A stretch of 64,000 nt of DNA from assembly GCA_043720875.1 (NCBI GenBank), contig JAYSRU010000196.1, forward strand, positions 2,971 through 66,970, in the 5' to 3' direction. Under the pieces are notes generated by a model. The model searched no databases and was not told the origin of the DNA. It worked only from the letters and a program-made list of their open reading frames with translations. This document shows, piece by piece, positions 37,202 to 48,178 of the stretch; position 1 is the first letter of the stretch, and each line of letters begins with the position of its first letter. The stretch comes from Crocinitomicaceae bacterium. Lineage in GTDB: Bacteria > Bacteroidota > Bacteroidia > Flavobacteriales_D > Crocinitomicaceae. The position numbers were made by a program, and so were the translations under genes.

Positions 37202-38212
37202 ATGCAAACAAATGAAATTGCTCAATTAATTGCAAATCCAACTACTATAATGTCGGGTCATAAATTCGATTTGAAAGAGTTAGTAGCGCGTTATCCTTTT
37301 TCTCAAACATTAGCTTTATTGTATTTAAAATCTATCGCTATTGAAAATGACATTCATTTTGATTCAGAGCTTGGTGCACATGCATTTAGGATTACCTCTC
37401 GTGAACATTTATATGAATTGATTCATTCAAAGAGTGATGTAAGTGTTCTTGAAATAAAGAATCCACAAGAGATGAGTTTGGTGAATCAAGAAGTTGAACT
37501 TGTTCAATCGCCGAACTTAATCCCGGCTATCGATGAAGTTATTGAACCAATAATAATGGAAACAAGCATAGCTGAAGAAAAGTTAGAACCTATTGAGCCA
37601 ATTCATAATGCGATCGTCTTCGTTGAAGAAATACGTGAAACAGAAGATTCGGCAAGTGAGGGTAGTGAAATTGAAAAAATTGAAATTGATGTTGCACTAA
37701 AAGATGGTCTAGATTTAGATATATTGGCACACGCAATCAACAATGCAGCGGAAATCATTCTAGAAGAAAAAGAAGAAATTGTTTTGCTTCAAAAGGAAAC
37801 TAAGCAGGAAGTGATTCAAGTATTGCCAAATAAACAATCTTTCACGGCATGGCTGCACGCTTCAACCATCCCTGTAGAAAATAAACAAGAAATTGCTAAG
37901 GTTGAGAAAGAGGATAGGTCAAGGGCTATAATTGACAATTTTATTGAAACCGAACCCAAAATTACACGCTCTTTTGACAAGGAAACGCCTGAAAAGATTA
38001 AGAAATCGTTTTATACACCACAACATGCGGCGAAAGAAAGTGTCAATGAAGAAAACCTAATAATGACTGAAACTTTGGCCAAAATTTACGTACTTCAAGG
38101 AAATTTTCCGATGGCAATTAAAGCGTATACACAATTACAGTTGCTTATTCCAGAAAAAAAGAGTTTCTTTGCAATCCAAATTAAAGAATTAACAACAAAA
38201 ATAAGTTTATAA
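37202..38212 (+). CDS. Hypothetical protein with an acidic central region and a TPR-like C-terminus
   Basis: 336 aa. Glu/Ile-rich middle and a C-terminal helix pair (LAKIYVLQGNFPMAIKAYTQLQLL). Confidence 0.5.
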   Translation: MQTNEIAQLIANPTTIMSGHKFDLKELVARYPFSQTLALLYLKSIAIENDIHFDSELGAHAFRITSREHLYELIHSKSDVSVLEIKNPQEMSLVNQEVELVQSPNLIPAIDEVIEPIIMETSIAEEKLEPIEPIHNAIVFVEEIRETEDSASEGSEIEKIEIDVALKDGLDLDILAHAINNAAEIILEEKEEIVLLQKETKQEVIQVLPNKQSFTAWLHASTIPVENKQEIAKVEKEDRSRAIIDNFIETEPKITRSFDKETPEKIKKSFYTPQHAAKESVNEENLIMTETLAKIYVLQGNFPMAIKAYTQLQLLIPEKKSFFAIQIKELTTKISL

Positions 38213-38213
38213 C

Positions 38214-38486
38214 ATGTCAACACTTATCGCAGGCATCATGCTTTTAGCCGCAATCCTTTTGGTTGCAGTAGTATTTATTCAAAATTCAAAAGGTGGAGGT
38301 ATTTCTTCAGAATTTGGAGGAGCTTCACAATTAGGTGGTGTACAACGTACAACAAATTTTGTTGAGAAAGCTACTTGGGGTTTTGCTACAGTAATTGCAG
38401 TATGTGCAATTGTATTAACTTCTATGCAGAATTCTGAAATGAGAAAATTGAGAAATCAAAATCAAACTGAGACTCCAGCAAAATAA
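38214..38486 (+). CDS. secG: Preprotein translocase subunit SecG
   Basis: 90 aa. Two TM helices flanking a Gly-rich loop (NSKGGGISSEFGGASQLGG). Confidence 0.8.
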   Translation: MSTLIAGIMLLAAILLVAVVFIQNSKGGGISSEFGGASQLGGVQRTTNFVEKATWGFATVIAVCAIVLTSMQNSEMRKLRNQNQTETPAK

Positions 38487-38510
38487 TTAGTGCTAGAAAA
38501 TAATTAGAAT

Positions 38511-38538
38511 CTGTTAGTTTACTAGCAGGTTTTTTTTT
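38511..38538 (+). terminator. Rho-independent terminator after secG
   Basis: 7-bp stem CTGTTAG / CTAGCAG (one G-U pair), 4-nt loop, then G followed by T8. Confidence 0.6.
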
Positions 38539-38667
38539 GTTAATTAATTCTATTTCATGCTTTTTTCAGTTAAATTTCACTAAAACTGACAACATGTCTC
38601 TTATCGTGTGTTGGCACAGAATTAGACCAAACAGAAATTATAAAAATAAACCCAAAATCATATACAA

Positions 38668-38949
38668 ATGGCTACAATGCTAAAACCACTAGGTGACCGA
38701 GTTTTAATCGAACCAGCTCCGCAAGAAGAAAGAACTGCAAGCGGTATTATTATTCCTGATACGGCAAAAGAAAAATCATTAAAAGGTAAAGTAATTGCTG
38801 CGGGTAATGGAAAAGTAGATGAACCTATGACTGTAAAAGTTGGTGACACCGTGCTTTACGGTCAATATTCTGGTACAGAGTTGAAGTTAGATGGCACAAC
38901 TTATTTGATTATGAAAGAGGCTGATATTTACGGAATAATCGAAGGATAA
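38668..38949 (+). CDS. groES: Co-chaperonin GroES
   Basis: 93 aa. [12 protein letters not shown] ... [11 protein letters not shown] mobile loop. Confidence 0.95.
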   Translation: MATMLKPLGDRVLIEPAPQEERTASGIIIPDTAKEKSLKGKVIAAGNGKVDEPMTVKVGDTVLYGQYSGTELKLDGTTYLIMKEADIYGIIEG

Positions 38950-38980
38950 ACAGTAGGATATTTTTAAAAATAAGCAATAA

Positions 38981-40627
<1,647 letters not shown>

Positions 40628-40798
40628 AATTATTCCATAACAACCTTAGCGCGACTGCTAGAAAGTTACATTACAATGTAAAACAAATGTCAATTAAATT
40701 GACTTAATTTGTAGAATACAGTAAAATACTATAACGTATTTTGCTTTCCGATCTATTTTTTCCGCTTTATGTGGGTAATTGTGATCGACAACATATAG

Positions 40799-40838
40799 AA
40801 ACCCATTATAGCTTTTGTTATAATGGGTTTTGCTTTTT
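40799..40838 (+). terminator. Rho-independent terminator of groESL, 170 nt after the stop codon
   Basis: 12-bp perfect stem AAACCCATTATA / TATAATGGGTTT (40799..40810, 40819..40830), 8-nt loop, followed by TGCTTTTT. Confidence 0.75.
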
Positions 40839-40947
40839 CTATTCACGTCTATTTTTTTCAAAGGTTTCTAATTAAAATCAACACTATTTATTATGTTTTT
40901 GTCAAGAAAAATTGTTTATTTGTGGTGTTTATAATTGATATATTCAA

Positions 40948-41514
40948 ATGGAAAGAACCTTTGCTGATTGTATTGCGGCTTATCATAATATAAGTGCTAC
41001 TGCTTTATCGTCGTTAGAAGCTATTTTTCAGAAAAAAGTATATCCTGCAAAAACTAAACTCAGCAACACGGGTGAGGTGAGTAACAAAATATATTTCATT
41101 GCCAAAGGATGCATAAGCGGTCAATACAAAGACAAGAATTTATTCCATACACTTTGGTTTGGCGTTGAATTGGATTGTGTTTCATCTTATAAAAGTTTAA
41201 TTACTGGTCGACCTGGAGTCGAAATATTGATTTTGCAAGAAGACTGTGTTTTGTATGAAGCATCATTCTCGCAAATGAAAGAGCTAATCGAATCAGATTT
41301 AGAACTGGCTATCTTGTATCATCGAATCATTGAGAGTAATTATTTATATTGGGAAAATAGAATTTTGGAGTTGCAATTCAATACAGCAAAAGAAAGGTAT
41401 GATCTTTTTGTAGGGCGAGCAGCCCAAATGTTACAACGTTTTCCTTTAAATCAGATTGCCTCATACCTTGGCATTACACAAGAAACCTTGAGTAGAATTC
41501 GAGCGAAATATTAA
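40948..41514 (+). CDS. Crp/Fnr-family transcriptional regulator
   Basis: 188 aa. cNMP-binding-like beta-roll and C-terminal HTH (QIASYLGITQETLSRIR). No FNR-type N-terminal Cys cluster. Confidence 0.75.
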   Translation: MERTFADCIAAYHNISATALSSLEAIFQKKVYPAKTKLSNTGEVSNKIYFIAKGCISGQYKDKNLFHTLWFGVELDCVSSYKSLITGRPGVEILILQEDCVLYEASFSQMKELIESDLELAILYHRIIESNYLYWENRILELQFNTAKERYDLFVGRAAQMLQRFPLNQIASYLGITQETLSRIRAKY

Positions 41515-41539
41515 TTTTTCTTTTAAAAATAATAACAAA

Positions 41540-41863
41540 ATGTCTTTAGATATTACAGTAACAATTATTGATCGTGAAAATGTTTCACATGAGCTAGTTG
41601 CTCCAACCGATATGAATTTGAACATTATGGAACTTTGTCGTTCATATGAATTGCCTGTTGAGGGAACATGTGGAGGAATGGCAATGTGTGCAACCTGTCA
41701 ATGTTATTTGGAGTCGGATCATATTCTTCATGAACAAAGTGATGCTGAATTAGATATGTTAGATCAAGCTTTTCACGTTAAGGCAAATAGTCGTTTGGGG
41801 TGCCAAGTGCAACTAACAGAAGAAATTGATGGCATTGTATTTAGGCTTGCACCAGAGGCGTAA
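41540..41863 (+). CDS. 2Fe-2S ferredoxin, adrenodoxin/putidaredoxin type
   Basis: 107 aa. Cluster ligand motif CGGMAMCATCQC plus a distal Cys (LGCQV). Confidence 0.85.
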   Translation: MSLDITVTIIDRENVSHELVAPTDMNLNIMELCRSYELPVEGTCGGMAMCATCQCYLESDHILHEQSDAELDMLDQAFHVKANSRLGCQVQLTEEIDGIVFRLAPEA

Positions 41864-41886
41864 ATTATTGAATCTGTATAATAATC

Positions 41887-42717
41887 TTATAATGCAATAG
41901 AAATCCCAGTATAGAAAGAAATAAAATTACTGCTATATTTTTCAATTAATGCATTGTCAAAGTCAGAACGATCGATATGGTATGCTCTAATAGTTGAGAC
42001 CGTTGTGCTTTGTGTCAGATTCGACTTTGTGTCTAGGAAATAATTGTAGGTATACTGAAGACCAAAATTAATCATTAAACGATCACTTATTGGTAAACGC
42101 ATATTCATGGCGTACAAAAAGGTGATTCCACTAAACGATTTTATTGATGGATCTAATAGGTTTTCCACATTATTTGTTGATGTTAAAGGGGATAGTAAAC
42201 CACTTGCATCGTAGCTTTGAACCGTTCCGAAAACAGACCGGTTATCTACTTTTGCGTTGAAATAGCCAATGCCCACTTGATGAGAAAGCCCCATCGGCAA
42301 TAAACTGCCTTTTCGTGCAAATTCAATTTTTGGAACTATTGAGATTATTGTAAATGGTAAGGCTTGAATGTTAGAATTATCAAGCAGCACGTCATCGGTA
42401 AATAATAAGTCATTAGAATTAGTGCTATATGCTCGGTTAGCATTCGTTCGAAAACGATCAAAACCGATAGTTCCCCCAACCAAAATATTTCGATTGATGG
42501 CATACATTGCGCTTCCTTTAAATCCGACGTCTAGCACGTCTTGCTTCACATTCAATTTTTGGTCTTCAACTACAGCTATATATTGTTTCCTAAAAGTTGG
42601 TGTGGCCACTTTTATGGAGACATCTACTATTATTTTTTTACCTAAATACCCTGGAGTACCTTGTGCAAAAGAGACCATGGTAGACGAGATAAAGATGAGT
42701 ATCAAATATTGTTTCAT
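41887..42717 (-). CDS. Predicted outer-membrane beta-barrel protein (hypothetical)
   Basis: 276 aa. Signal peptide MKQYLILIFISSTMVSFAQ, alternating-hydrophobicity strands, terminal aromatic-rich strand (FISFYTGISIAL). The start overlaps the stop of the upstream M48 gene (ATGA). Confidence 0.5.
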   Translation of the reverse strand: MKQYLILIFISSTMVSFAQGTPGYLGKKIIVDVSIKVATPTFRKQYIAVVEDQKLNVKQDVLDVGFKGSAMYAINRNILVGGTIGFDRFRTNANRAYSTNSNDLLFTDDVLLDNSNIQALPFTIISIVPKIEFARKGSLLPMGLSHQVGIGYFNAKVDNRSVFGTVQSYDASGLLSPLTSTNNVENLLDPSIKSFSGITFLYAMNMRLPISDRLMINFGLQYTYNYFLDTKSNLTQSTTVSTIRAYHIDRSDFDNALIEKYSSNFISFYTGISIAL

Positions 42718-45062
42718 CGCACGGTTGGTTTTTGTTTCATTTGATAAAGAAGGTCATAAATACGGCCTTGTAACATGTTTTTACTCAAAGGTTGGTTGAA
42801 TGTAGATGATTGCCCAGTAATTACCTTCCCTTTATCCAAATCAAGCACAAATAAATTAAGATTGGTTGTGGTTCCGTTCATTAACTTTGAAGGGAAATAA
42901 ATCATTCCAATAGGTAAAATTAATGTGGCCCAGTAGGCGTTATTGTCTAGTTCAATTTCGTAGCTACTTTGTACGAACGAGAAAACAACAGTTGAGGTGC
43001 CATAATTTTCTTTTACTTCTTCCAAGAATTCATAATCTACTGGAAAGATGTCAAGATTCTCAGCACCTGATAGCTGACTCATCAATTGCATGAGGCAAGA
43101 GCGTTCATTATACCCAGGAGTTGAGGTTTTATGCAATGTTGATTTATCAACCCGATAAACAGTCATTCCTAGCTTGTCGGCAGCTTTTTTAGCACCAACA
43201 CTGTAATCGGTAGCGAGCAATTCTGATTGTTTGTGATCCATTTTACCATCTCGGTATTTAGAAACTATCGGTTCAACTAATACTAAATCTCTGGCTCCAA
43301 TGCTTAATTCCTCTTCTTGTAATAATTTTTCAAGCTGGTATCGTTTCCGTGATGTTAGATTATCTAGTTTATCCCTTTTCTCCTGTTGTGCAATCACTTC
43401 TGCTTTATAGTCATTGTATATTGTAAGAAATTCAGAAGATTTGTAAATGTCGCTGATTAAATATTTATAATAGCTAGTCGAATCGAATATCCTTGGATCG
43501 ATTGGAGTATTTTTTTTGTTACGAATCTTTTCATATTTGCTTAGCTTAACGTCTTCTTTTGGAGGAGTGCTTCCTTGAAAATTTTTGATAGAGTCTTGAA
43601 TTTTTTGTGTTGCATAAAACAAATTTGCAACCTCGGAAAATGTTTCGCCCGAATACTCTGAAAGTACAAATTGTTCATTTTTTGCCGCGGCTTTGATCAT
43701 TCTCTCCCAAATCAAAGTTAACATTACATCTTCTTGATTGGTTGTTACAATGTCTTTAATTTGGCGCAAAGCCATTGTTGTGATTGTTTTGTTATCCATG
43801 CCATAAAGTAATAAATGCATATTCGCACTTTCGCCTTCTAGCGTTTTTTTCCGGTCTACGGTTTTATTAAATTTTGATCCAGCTTTGAATTGAGCCAAGC
43901 CAAGCCAAGCTTGTGCTTTACATCTAGCGAGATAGAGCGAATTTGGATGATTGAGCTCAAGTATGGCGATGCTATACAATGCTTTGCCATATTCGTTGTC
44001 GTATAAATTATTCCGAACAGTTTCAAAACGCGCTATTTTTTGAATTTCCCTAAATTCGTCATCTCCAAAACTATTAACGCCCTTTCCCCAATTGCTATAG
44101 TCATCAATTTGTACTTCTGCCAGTAGTTTTCTTCGTTTGATATTTGGGTGAGAATTATCCTTATCGTTATAATCTTCTATTGCAGTTATCGGACGAATTT
44201 CATGCGGAAAAAGCGAAGGTGGTATATAACACAAACCCTTGTTGAAATAATCTGATGTAATAGCGACTTCATCAAACGGTAAATAAGAATACAACAACAA
44301 GTCAAACGTGGATAAGATGTTTTCTGGAGCATAACCTGCTTCGTTAAACCATTTGATAGCCAACGTGTCAGCTTCAAATTCGGCACTTTTTGAAAATTTG
44401 CTCATGTCGCGTATTTCTCCTTGAAAATCAACTCTATTGGTTCTTCCAGTGGTATTGTAAATGAAAGATTCAAGTACATGTTTTTCAGTGTAATGTGCTA
44501 TTTCGTGTGCTAATATATAAGCGAGTTGCGCTTCATTTTCAAGTTGACTTAACAAACCGATAGTTACAAATACAATTCCTTGATCGGTTGAAAAAGCATT
44601 TACGTCATTTACTTTTAATGTGTAAAAGCGAAGTTCTTGTTGCAGATCTAATTGGTTTTTTAGAAGTTTATTAGCAACCTTTTGAACATATTCCGTCAAA
44701 GAATCGCCATACAACACAAGGCCTGAATGTAAAATGTCATCTACACCGTATAACGCATTTTCGGCAAAAATTAATTCATTTTGCTTGTTTAGTTGCAAAG
44801 GGTTTGCATTGAATTCTTGTCTAATAAGAATGGCTTCTGTTGGAGTTGCCCGCTGTAATGATTTTTTATAGGCATTTTTTAACTTCAAATAAGCAATACG
44901 GTTTTCTTCGATGCGTCTGTTTACTTTTTGATAGGTAGGAATTATGAAATCATTCGGTATGTCGCCAACAGCTCGTAATGGAATATAATCAATTTCTTGT
45001 GCCAAAATAGGGGTCAAACCCAAAGAAAAAAGAACTAAATAAAGTTTATTTAAAACAGACAT
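42714..45062 (-). CDS. Large secreted M48-family (BepA-like) zinc metallopeptidase
   Basis: 782 aa. Signal peptide, HExxH (LAHEIAHY), downstream third-ligand region EFEADTLA, about 550-aa helical C-terminal extension. Confidence 0.75.
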   Translation of the reverse strand: MSVLNKLYLVLFSLGLTPILAQEIDYIPLRAVGDIPNDFIIPTYQKVNRRIEENRIAYLKLKNAYKKSLQRATPTEAILIRQEFNANPLQLNKQNELIFAENALYGVDDILHSGLVLYGDSLTEYVQKVANKLLKNQLDLQQELRFYTLKVNDVNAFSTDQGIVFVTIGLLSQLENEAQLAYILAHEIAHYTEKHVLESFIYNTTGRTNRVDFQGEIRDMSKFSKSAEFEADTLAIKWFNEAGYAPENILSTFDLLLYSYLPFDEVAITSDYFNKGLCYIPPSLFPHEIRPITAIEDYNDKDNSHPNIKRRKLLAEVQIDDYSNWGKGVNSFGDDEFREIQKIARFETVRNNLYDNEYGKALYSIAILELNHPNSLYLARCKAQAWLGLAQFKAGSKFNKTVDRKKTLEGESANMHLLLYGMDNKTITTMALRQIKDIVTTNQEDVMLTLIWERMIKAAAKNEQFVLSEYSGETFSEVANLFYATQKIQDSIKNFQGSTPPKEDVKLSKYEKIRNKKNTPIDPRIFDSTSYYKYLISDIYKSSEFLTIYNDYKAEVIAQQEKRDKLDNLTSRKRYQLEKLLQEEELSIGARDLVLVEPIVSKYRDGKMDHKQSELLATDYSVGAKKAADKLGMTVYRVDKSTLHKTSTPGYNERSCLMQLMSQLSGAENLDIFPVDYEFLEEVKENYGTSTVVFSFVQSSYEIELDNNAYWATLILPIGMIYFPSKLMNGTTTNLNLFVLDLDKGKVITGQSSTFNQPLSKNMLQGRIYDLLYQMKQKPTVR

Positions 45063-45073
45063 AATTAATCTAG

Positions 45074-45847
45074 TTATTTAATATTGGTTGGGATGATACA
45101 AACCGGAATAGGTATCATTTTATGCGCATTTATTTTATTCAACTTTTTATAGGTTGCTAAAACATCTTTTTGATGACTTGACAAGATCGTTTCATCACCT
45201 CTAAATCCCATAGCCCATTCCAAATCTGGATAGCTAGCGCCAATTTGTTCCTCGTCACTTCTACCGTCTTCCCACAATCCATCTGTCGGTTTAGCATTTT
45301 GAATGGATGCCACTACTCCAAGTTCTTTAGCTAATTCAAATACTTCGCTTTTCATTAAGTCAGCTATTGGACTTATATCAACGCCGCCATCACCATATTT
45401 AGTATAAAATCCTACACCAAAGTCTTCTATTTTATTTCCGGTCCCTACAACCAAGCAACGATTGCTTTGACCAAGTGCATAAAGTGTTAACATGCGCAGC
45501 CTAGCACGAGTATTAGCCATCGATAAATGATCACTTGTAGTTTGCTTTGGAAAATCATTTTCGATAGTTTCAAAAATATGCGTTAACGAAATATCTAATG
45601 TGGTGACATTTGAATATTTACCCGCCATGAATGTCATCTGCTCTTTTGCTCGATCAAATTCAGCATGAGTCTGGCGAATCGGCATGGTAACAAGTATTAC
45701 TTTCTTACCTGTTTCGGCACAAAGCATAGCCGTACATGCAGAATCTATTCCTCCAGAAATTCCTATTATAAAACCATCAAGGCTGGATGTTTCCAAGTAG
45801 GAAGCCATCCAGCCTTTGATGTAATTTTTTACATTTAATGTATTCAC
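45074..45847 (-). CDS. nadE: NH3-dependent NAD+ synthetase
   Basis: 257 aa, GTG start. PP-loop GISGGIDSA. Confidence 0.9.
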   Translation of the reverse strand: MNTLNVKNYIKGWMASYLETSSLDGFIIGISGGIDSACTAMLCAETGKKVILVTMPIRQTHAEFDRAKEQMTFMAGKYSNVTTLDISLTHIFETIENDFPKQTTSDHLSMANTRARLRMLTLYALGQSNRCLVVGTGNKIEDFGVGFYTKYGDGGVDISPIADLMKSEVFELAKELGVVASIQNAKPTDGLWEDGRSDEEQIGASYPDLEWAMGFRGDETILSSHQKDVLATYKKLNKINAHKMIPIPVCIIPTNIK

Positions 45848-45866
45848 TTTTCGCCTAATATTGCGA

Positions 45867-46715
45867 TTAAAATAAAATAGAAACTTTAAATACTAATTGA
45901 CCTTGAGTTGCTTTTGGTTGGTAGTACGTTTTAGTATTTCCGTTATTGAAAGGGTTTGACGAATTATTCATCGTGAACAAAGAGAGATTCTTTTCGTCAT
46001 CTTTACCGAACAATGCTTTCCCACTGTGTACCGGAGTCAAACCGTAGTAATAACCGATTTCTCCAATAAGTGTAGTTGAACCTGAAAAATTCCACATTGC
46101 TCCTCCAGCAATACCAATAGATGATCTAAAAACAAACAAATCTTTTGATGAAATCATTTTTGAATTTGTAAGCGGCGCTTTAGTTGGGTTAGCTCCTGAA
46201 ACACCTTTTGTCCATAATTGACCTTCATCTGTTGTAGTAGATTTAAGAACAAATCCTGAACGCAATCCAAATCGTCCGAAATAACGTAATGGACCAATCT
46301 CAGCAGTTCTGAATGTTAACATAGTAGGAATGTACAATAAAACTGGCTTTTGAGATCTATTAGTTACTTGAAACAAGGCAGCATCATTTAATGAAGAAGC
46401 TTCATCTTTTGAATAGATTTTAGAATCACCGTCATAATTGTAAAACATGGTATCGTTGTAGGTGTATTTAAATTTTTCGAATTCAAACTCTAAACCCGTT
46501 AACAAACTAATTGTTGGCGTTATATTCCATTGTAAATTCATTCCAATCATAAGGTCTGAACCTGCACCATCTCTATTTAATGTTTTTGATCCAACTTTAT
46601 TAAAATTCATACCGGCGCTTGTTGCAATACCCATTTGAAACTTGTGATCTCCATCTTGTGCAATTGAAGTAAATGAGATGGATGCAGCCGTTAGTAGTGT
46701 AAATAATTTTTTCAT
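45867..46715 (-). CDS. Predicted outer-membrane beta-barrel protein (hypothetical)
   Basis: 282 aa. Signal peptide (…SFTSIAQ), beta-strand periodicity, C-terminal F (VSILF). Confidence 0.55.
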   Translation of the reverse strand: MKKLFTLLTAASISFTSIAQDGDHKFQMGIATSAGMNFNKVGSKTLNRDGAGSDLMIGMNLQWNITPTISLLTGLEFEFEKFKYTYNDTMFYNYDGDSKIYSKDEASSLNDAALFQVTNRSQKPVLLYIPTMLTFRTAEIGPLRYFGRFGLRSGFVLKSTTTDEGQLWTKGVSGANPTKAPLTNSKMISSKDLFVFRSSIGIAGGAMWNFSGSTTLIGEIGYYYGLTPVHSGKALFGKDDEKNLSLFTMNNSSNPFNNGNTKTYYQPKATQGQLVFKVSILF

Positions 46716-46811
46716 TCTTTTGTGATTATTTTAGATTTAACTTTCTTTTTATTTGTACTTTCATTAAGAACAGTACTTTTACAATGCAATTATAACAAAT
46801 ATGCTGTAAAT

Positions 46812-47822
46812 ATGCCCCATAGAATTGTCTTTTTAACCATTTTTTTATTCACACTACTTGTTTCGTGTAAGTCAGATCGATTCAAAGAGGTTCCGTCGAA
46901 TAAAATTCCTGAGATTACATATCTTAACTTGGCGAAAGAATTACGCGGGTTGGATTCAACACAATACAATTATTTTGATGCTGCTGAATCAGAGAAATAC
47001 GGTGAGTCTTATGCTTATTTTATTGGCTATTGTCTAAAAATTGGCAATCCAGGTGATTCGCTCAACAAAAACGGCTTAGCAACATTTTACCGTGATCCAT
47101 ATATCAAGAGATTGGAGAAACATTTAGCGAACAATTTTGATAATACAAAGAAAATAGAAGACAAGTTAAATTTGGATTTTCAACGCTTAAACTTTTATGC
47201 ACCAAGTTATAAAATTCCAAAGAAAATAACTTTTCTGAATTCGCTCTTCACATCAAGTGTAAATTCTATGGAAACTGACATCGCTGTTGGTATTGAACGT
47301 TATTTGGGCCCTGAATATGATGTCATAAAAGAGCTGCCTGATGAGCAGTTTTTTACTTGGATAAAAGTAAAAATGCGCCCTGAGTTTATGGAACGTGACA
47401 TACTAATTTCATGGATTCAAACGCACTTAGTACCTCAAAACAACACGAATACAGCCGAAGCGATTGTGAATTGGGGTAAAACATTATTTATTGCTGAAGT
47501 TGCACTGCAAGCCAACAAGCAATCCACGCTGTTACGTTACTCGGATAAGGAATTCGCTTGGGCAACTGAAAGGGAAATGTCATTTTGGAAATACTTAATC
47601 AACGAAAATATTCTTTTCAGTAAAAGTGAGAGAGATATTCAAAATCTGTTAGTTGACGCACCATTTACCATTGGTTTACCTGAAAAAGGTGCAGACCGAA
47701 TGGGCCAATTTTTGGGTTGGAAAATAGTTCATGCTTTTATGAATGAAAACGAAGCAGTATCTTTACAACAATTAATCGAAACACCATACACTAAAGTATT
47801 ACAAGCATACAAGCCAAAATAA
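46812..47822 (+). CDS. gldB: Gliding-motility lipoprotein GldB
   Basis: Start moved to ATG 46812, giving a lipoprotein signal (FLFTLLVSCKS). Size (336 aa) and position immediately upstream of and overlapping gldC, near nadE, fit the gldB-gldC arrangement described in Flavobacterium johnsoniae. Confidence 0.7.
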   Translation: MPHRIVFLTIFLFTLLVSCKSDRFKEVPSNKIPEITYLNLAKELRGLDSTQYNYFDAAESEKYGESYAYFIGYCLKIGNPGDSLNKNGLATFYRDPYIKRLEKHLANNFDNTKKIEDKLNLDFQRLNFYAPSYKIPKKITFLNSLFTSSVNSMETDIAVGIERYLGPEYDVIKELPDEQFFTWIKVKMRPEFMERDILISWIQTHLVPQNNTNTAEAIVNWGKTLFIAEVALQANKQSTLLRYSDKEFAWATEREMSFWKYLINENILFSKSERDIQNLLVDAPFTIGLPEKGADRMGQFLGWKIVHAFMNENEAVSLQQLIETPYTKVLQAYKPK

Positions 47823-48166
47823 TGAGCGATCAAATAGTAAAAACATCAGAAATAAACATCAAAGTTGGAGTAAATGAGAACAATGTACCAATTGGAATTC
47901 ATTGGACGGCAGAAGATGGGAATGTAACGAAATCACCTGCGAAGGCCATGATGTTGGCCATTTGGGATGAAGGAAGTAAGAATACGATGAAAATTGATCT
48001 CTGGACGAAAGAAATGAGTGTTGAGGAGATGAAACAATTTTTTCACCAAACTTTAGTAACAATGGCTGATTCTTTTGAAAGAGCTACGGGTGAAACGAAT
48101 ATTTCAGAAGATTTGCGAGATTATTGTCTACATTTTGCAACTAAAATGAATATTCTACCCGAATAA
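47822..48166 (+). CDS. gldC: Gliding-motility protein GldC
   Basis: 114 aa soluble protein. TAATG overlap with gldB. Sequence pattern (INIKVGVNENNVPIGIHWTAEDG ... AMMLAIWD) resembles GldC as I recall it. Confidence 0.7.
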   Translation: MSDQIVKTSEINIKVGVNENNVPIGIHWTAEDGNVTKSPAKAMMLAIWDEGSKNTMKIDLWTKEMSVEEMKQFFHQTLVTMADSFERATGETNISEDLRDYCLHFATKMNILPE

Positions 48167-48178
48167 TTAGAAACGGTT

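Noticed and set aside
38480-38507. CIRCE-like start (TTAGTGCTAG) and an 11-nt direct repeat AAAATAATTAG (38480..38490, 38497..38507) between secG and groES.
   Set aside because: It does not match the CIRCE inverted repeat TTAGCACTC-N9-GAGTGCTAA, because there is no complementary right arm. The direct repeat overlaps the secG stop and is low-complexity AT-rich sequence immediately before the secG terminator.
38612-38626. Sigma-54-like -24 element TGGCAC upstream of groES (TTGGCACAGAATTAGA), tempting given the sigma-54 activator 2 kb upstream.
   Set aside because: The -12 element reads TAGA instead of TTGC, so the near-invariant GC is missing. A -24 hexamer alone is not sufficient. Other TGGCAC occurrences in the window lie inside coding regions and also lack a -12 TTGC.
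42368-42799. Long antisense or overlapping ORFs from the six-frame track (e.g. 42368..42799, 5955..6356, 2850..3176, 34834..35160, 39718..40044, 17526..17891, 15242..15502).
   Set aside because: Each lies wholly inside or across a strongly supported gene on the opposite strand (M48 protease/barrel, PDH E2, TerC, MiaB, GroEL, DPP-IV, acidic protein). They have low-complexity or Ser/Leu/Ile-rich translations typical of antisense frames and no motifs.
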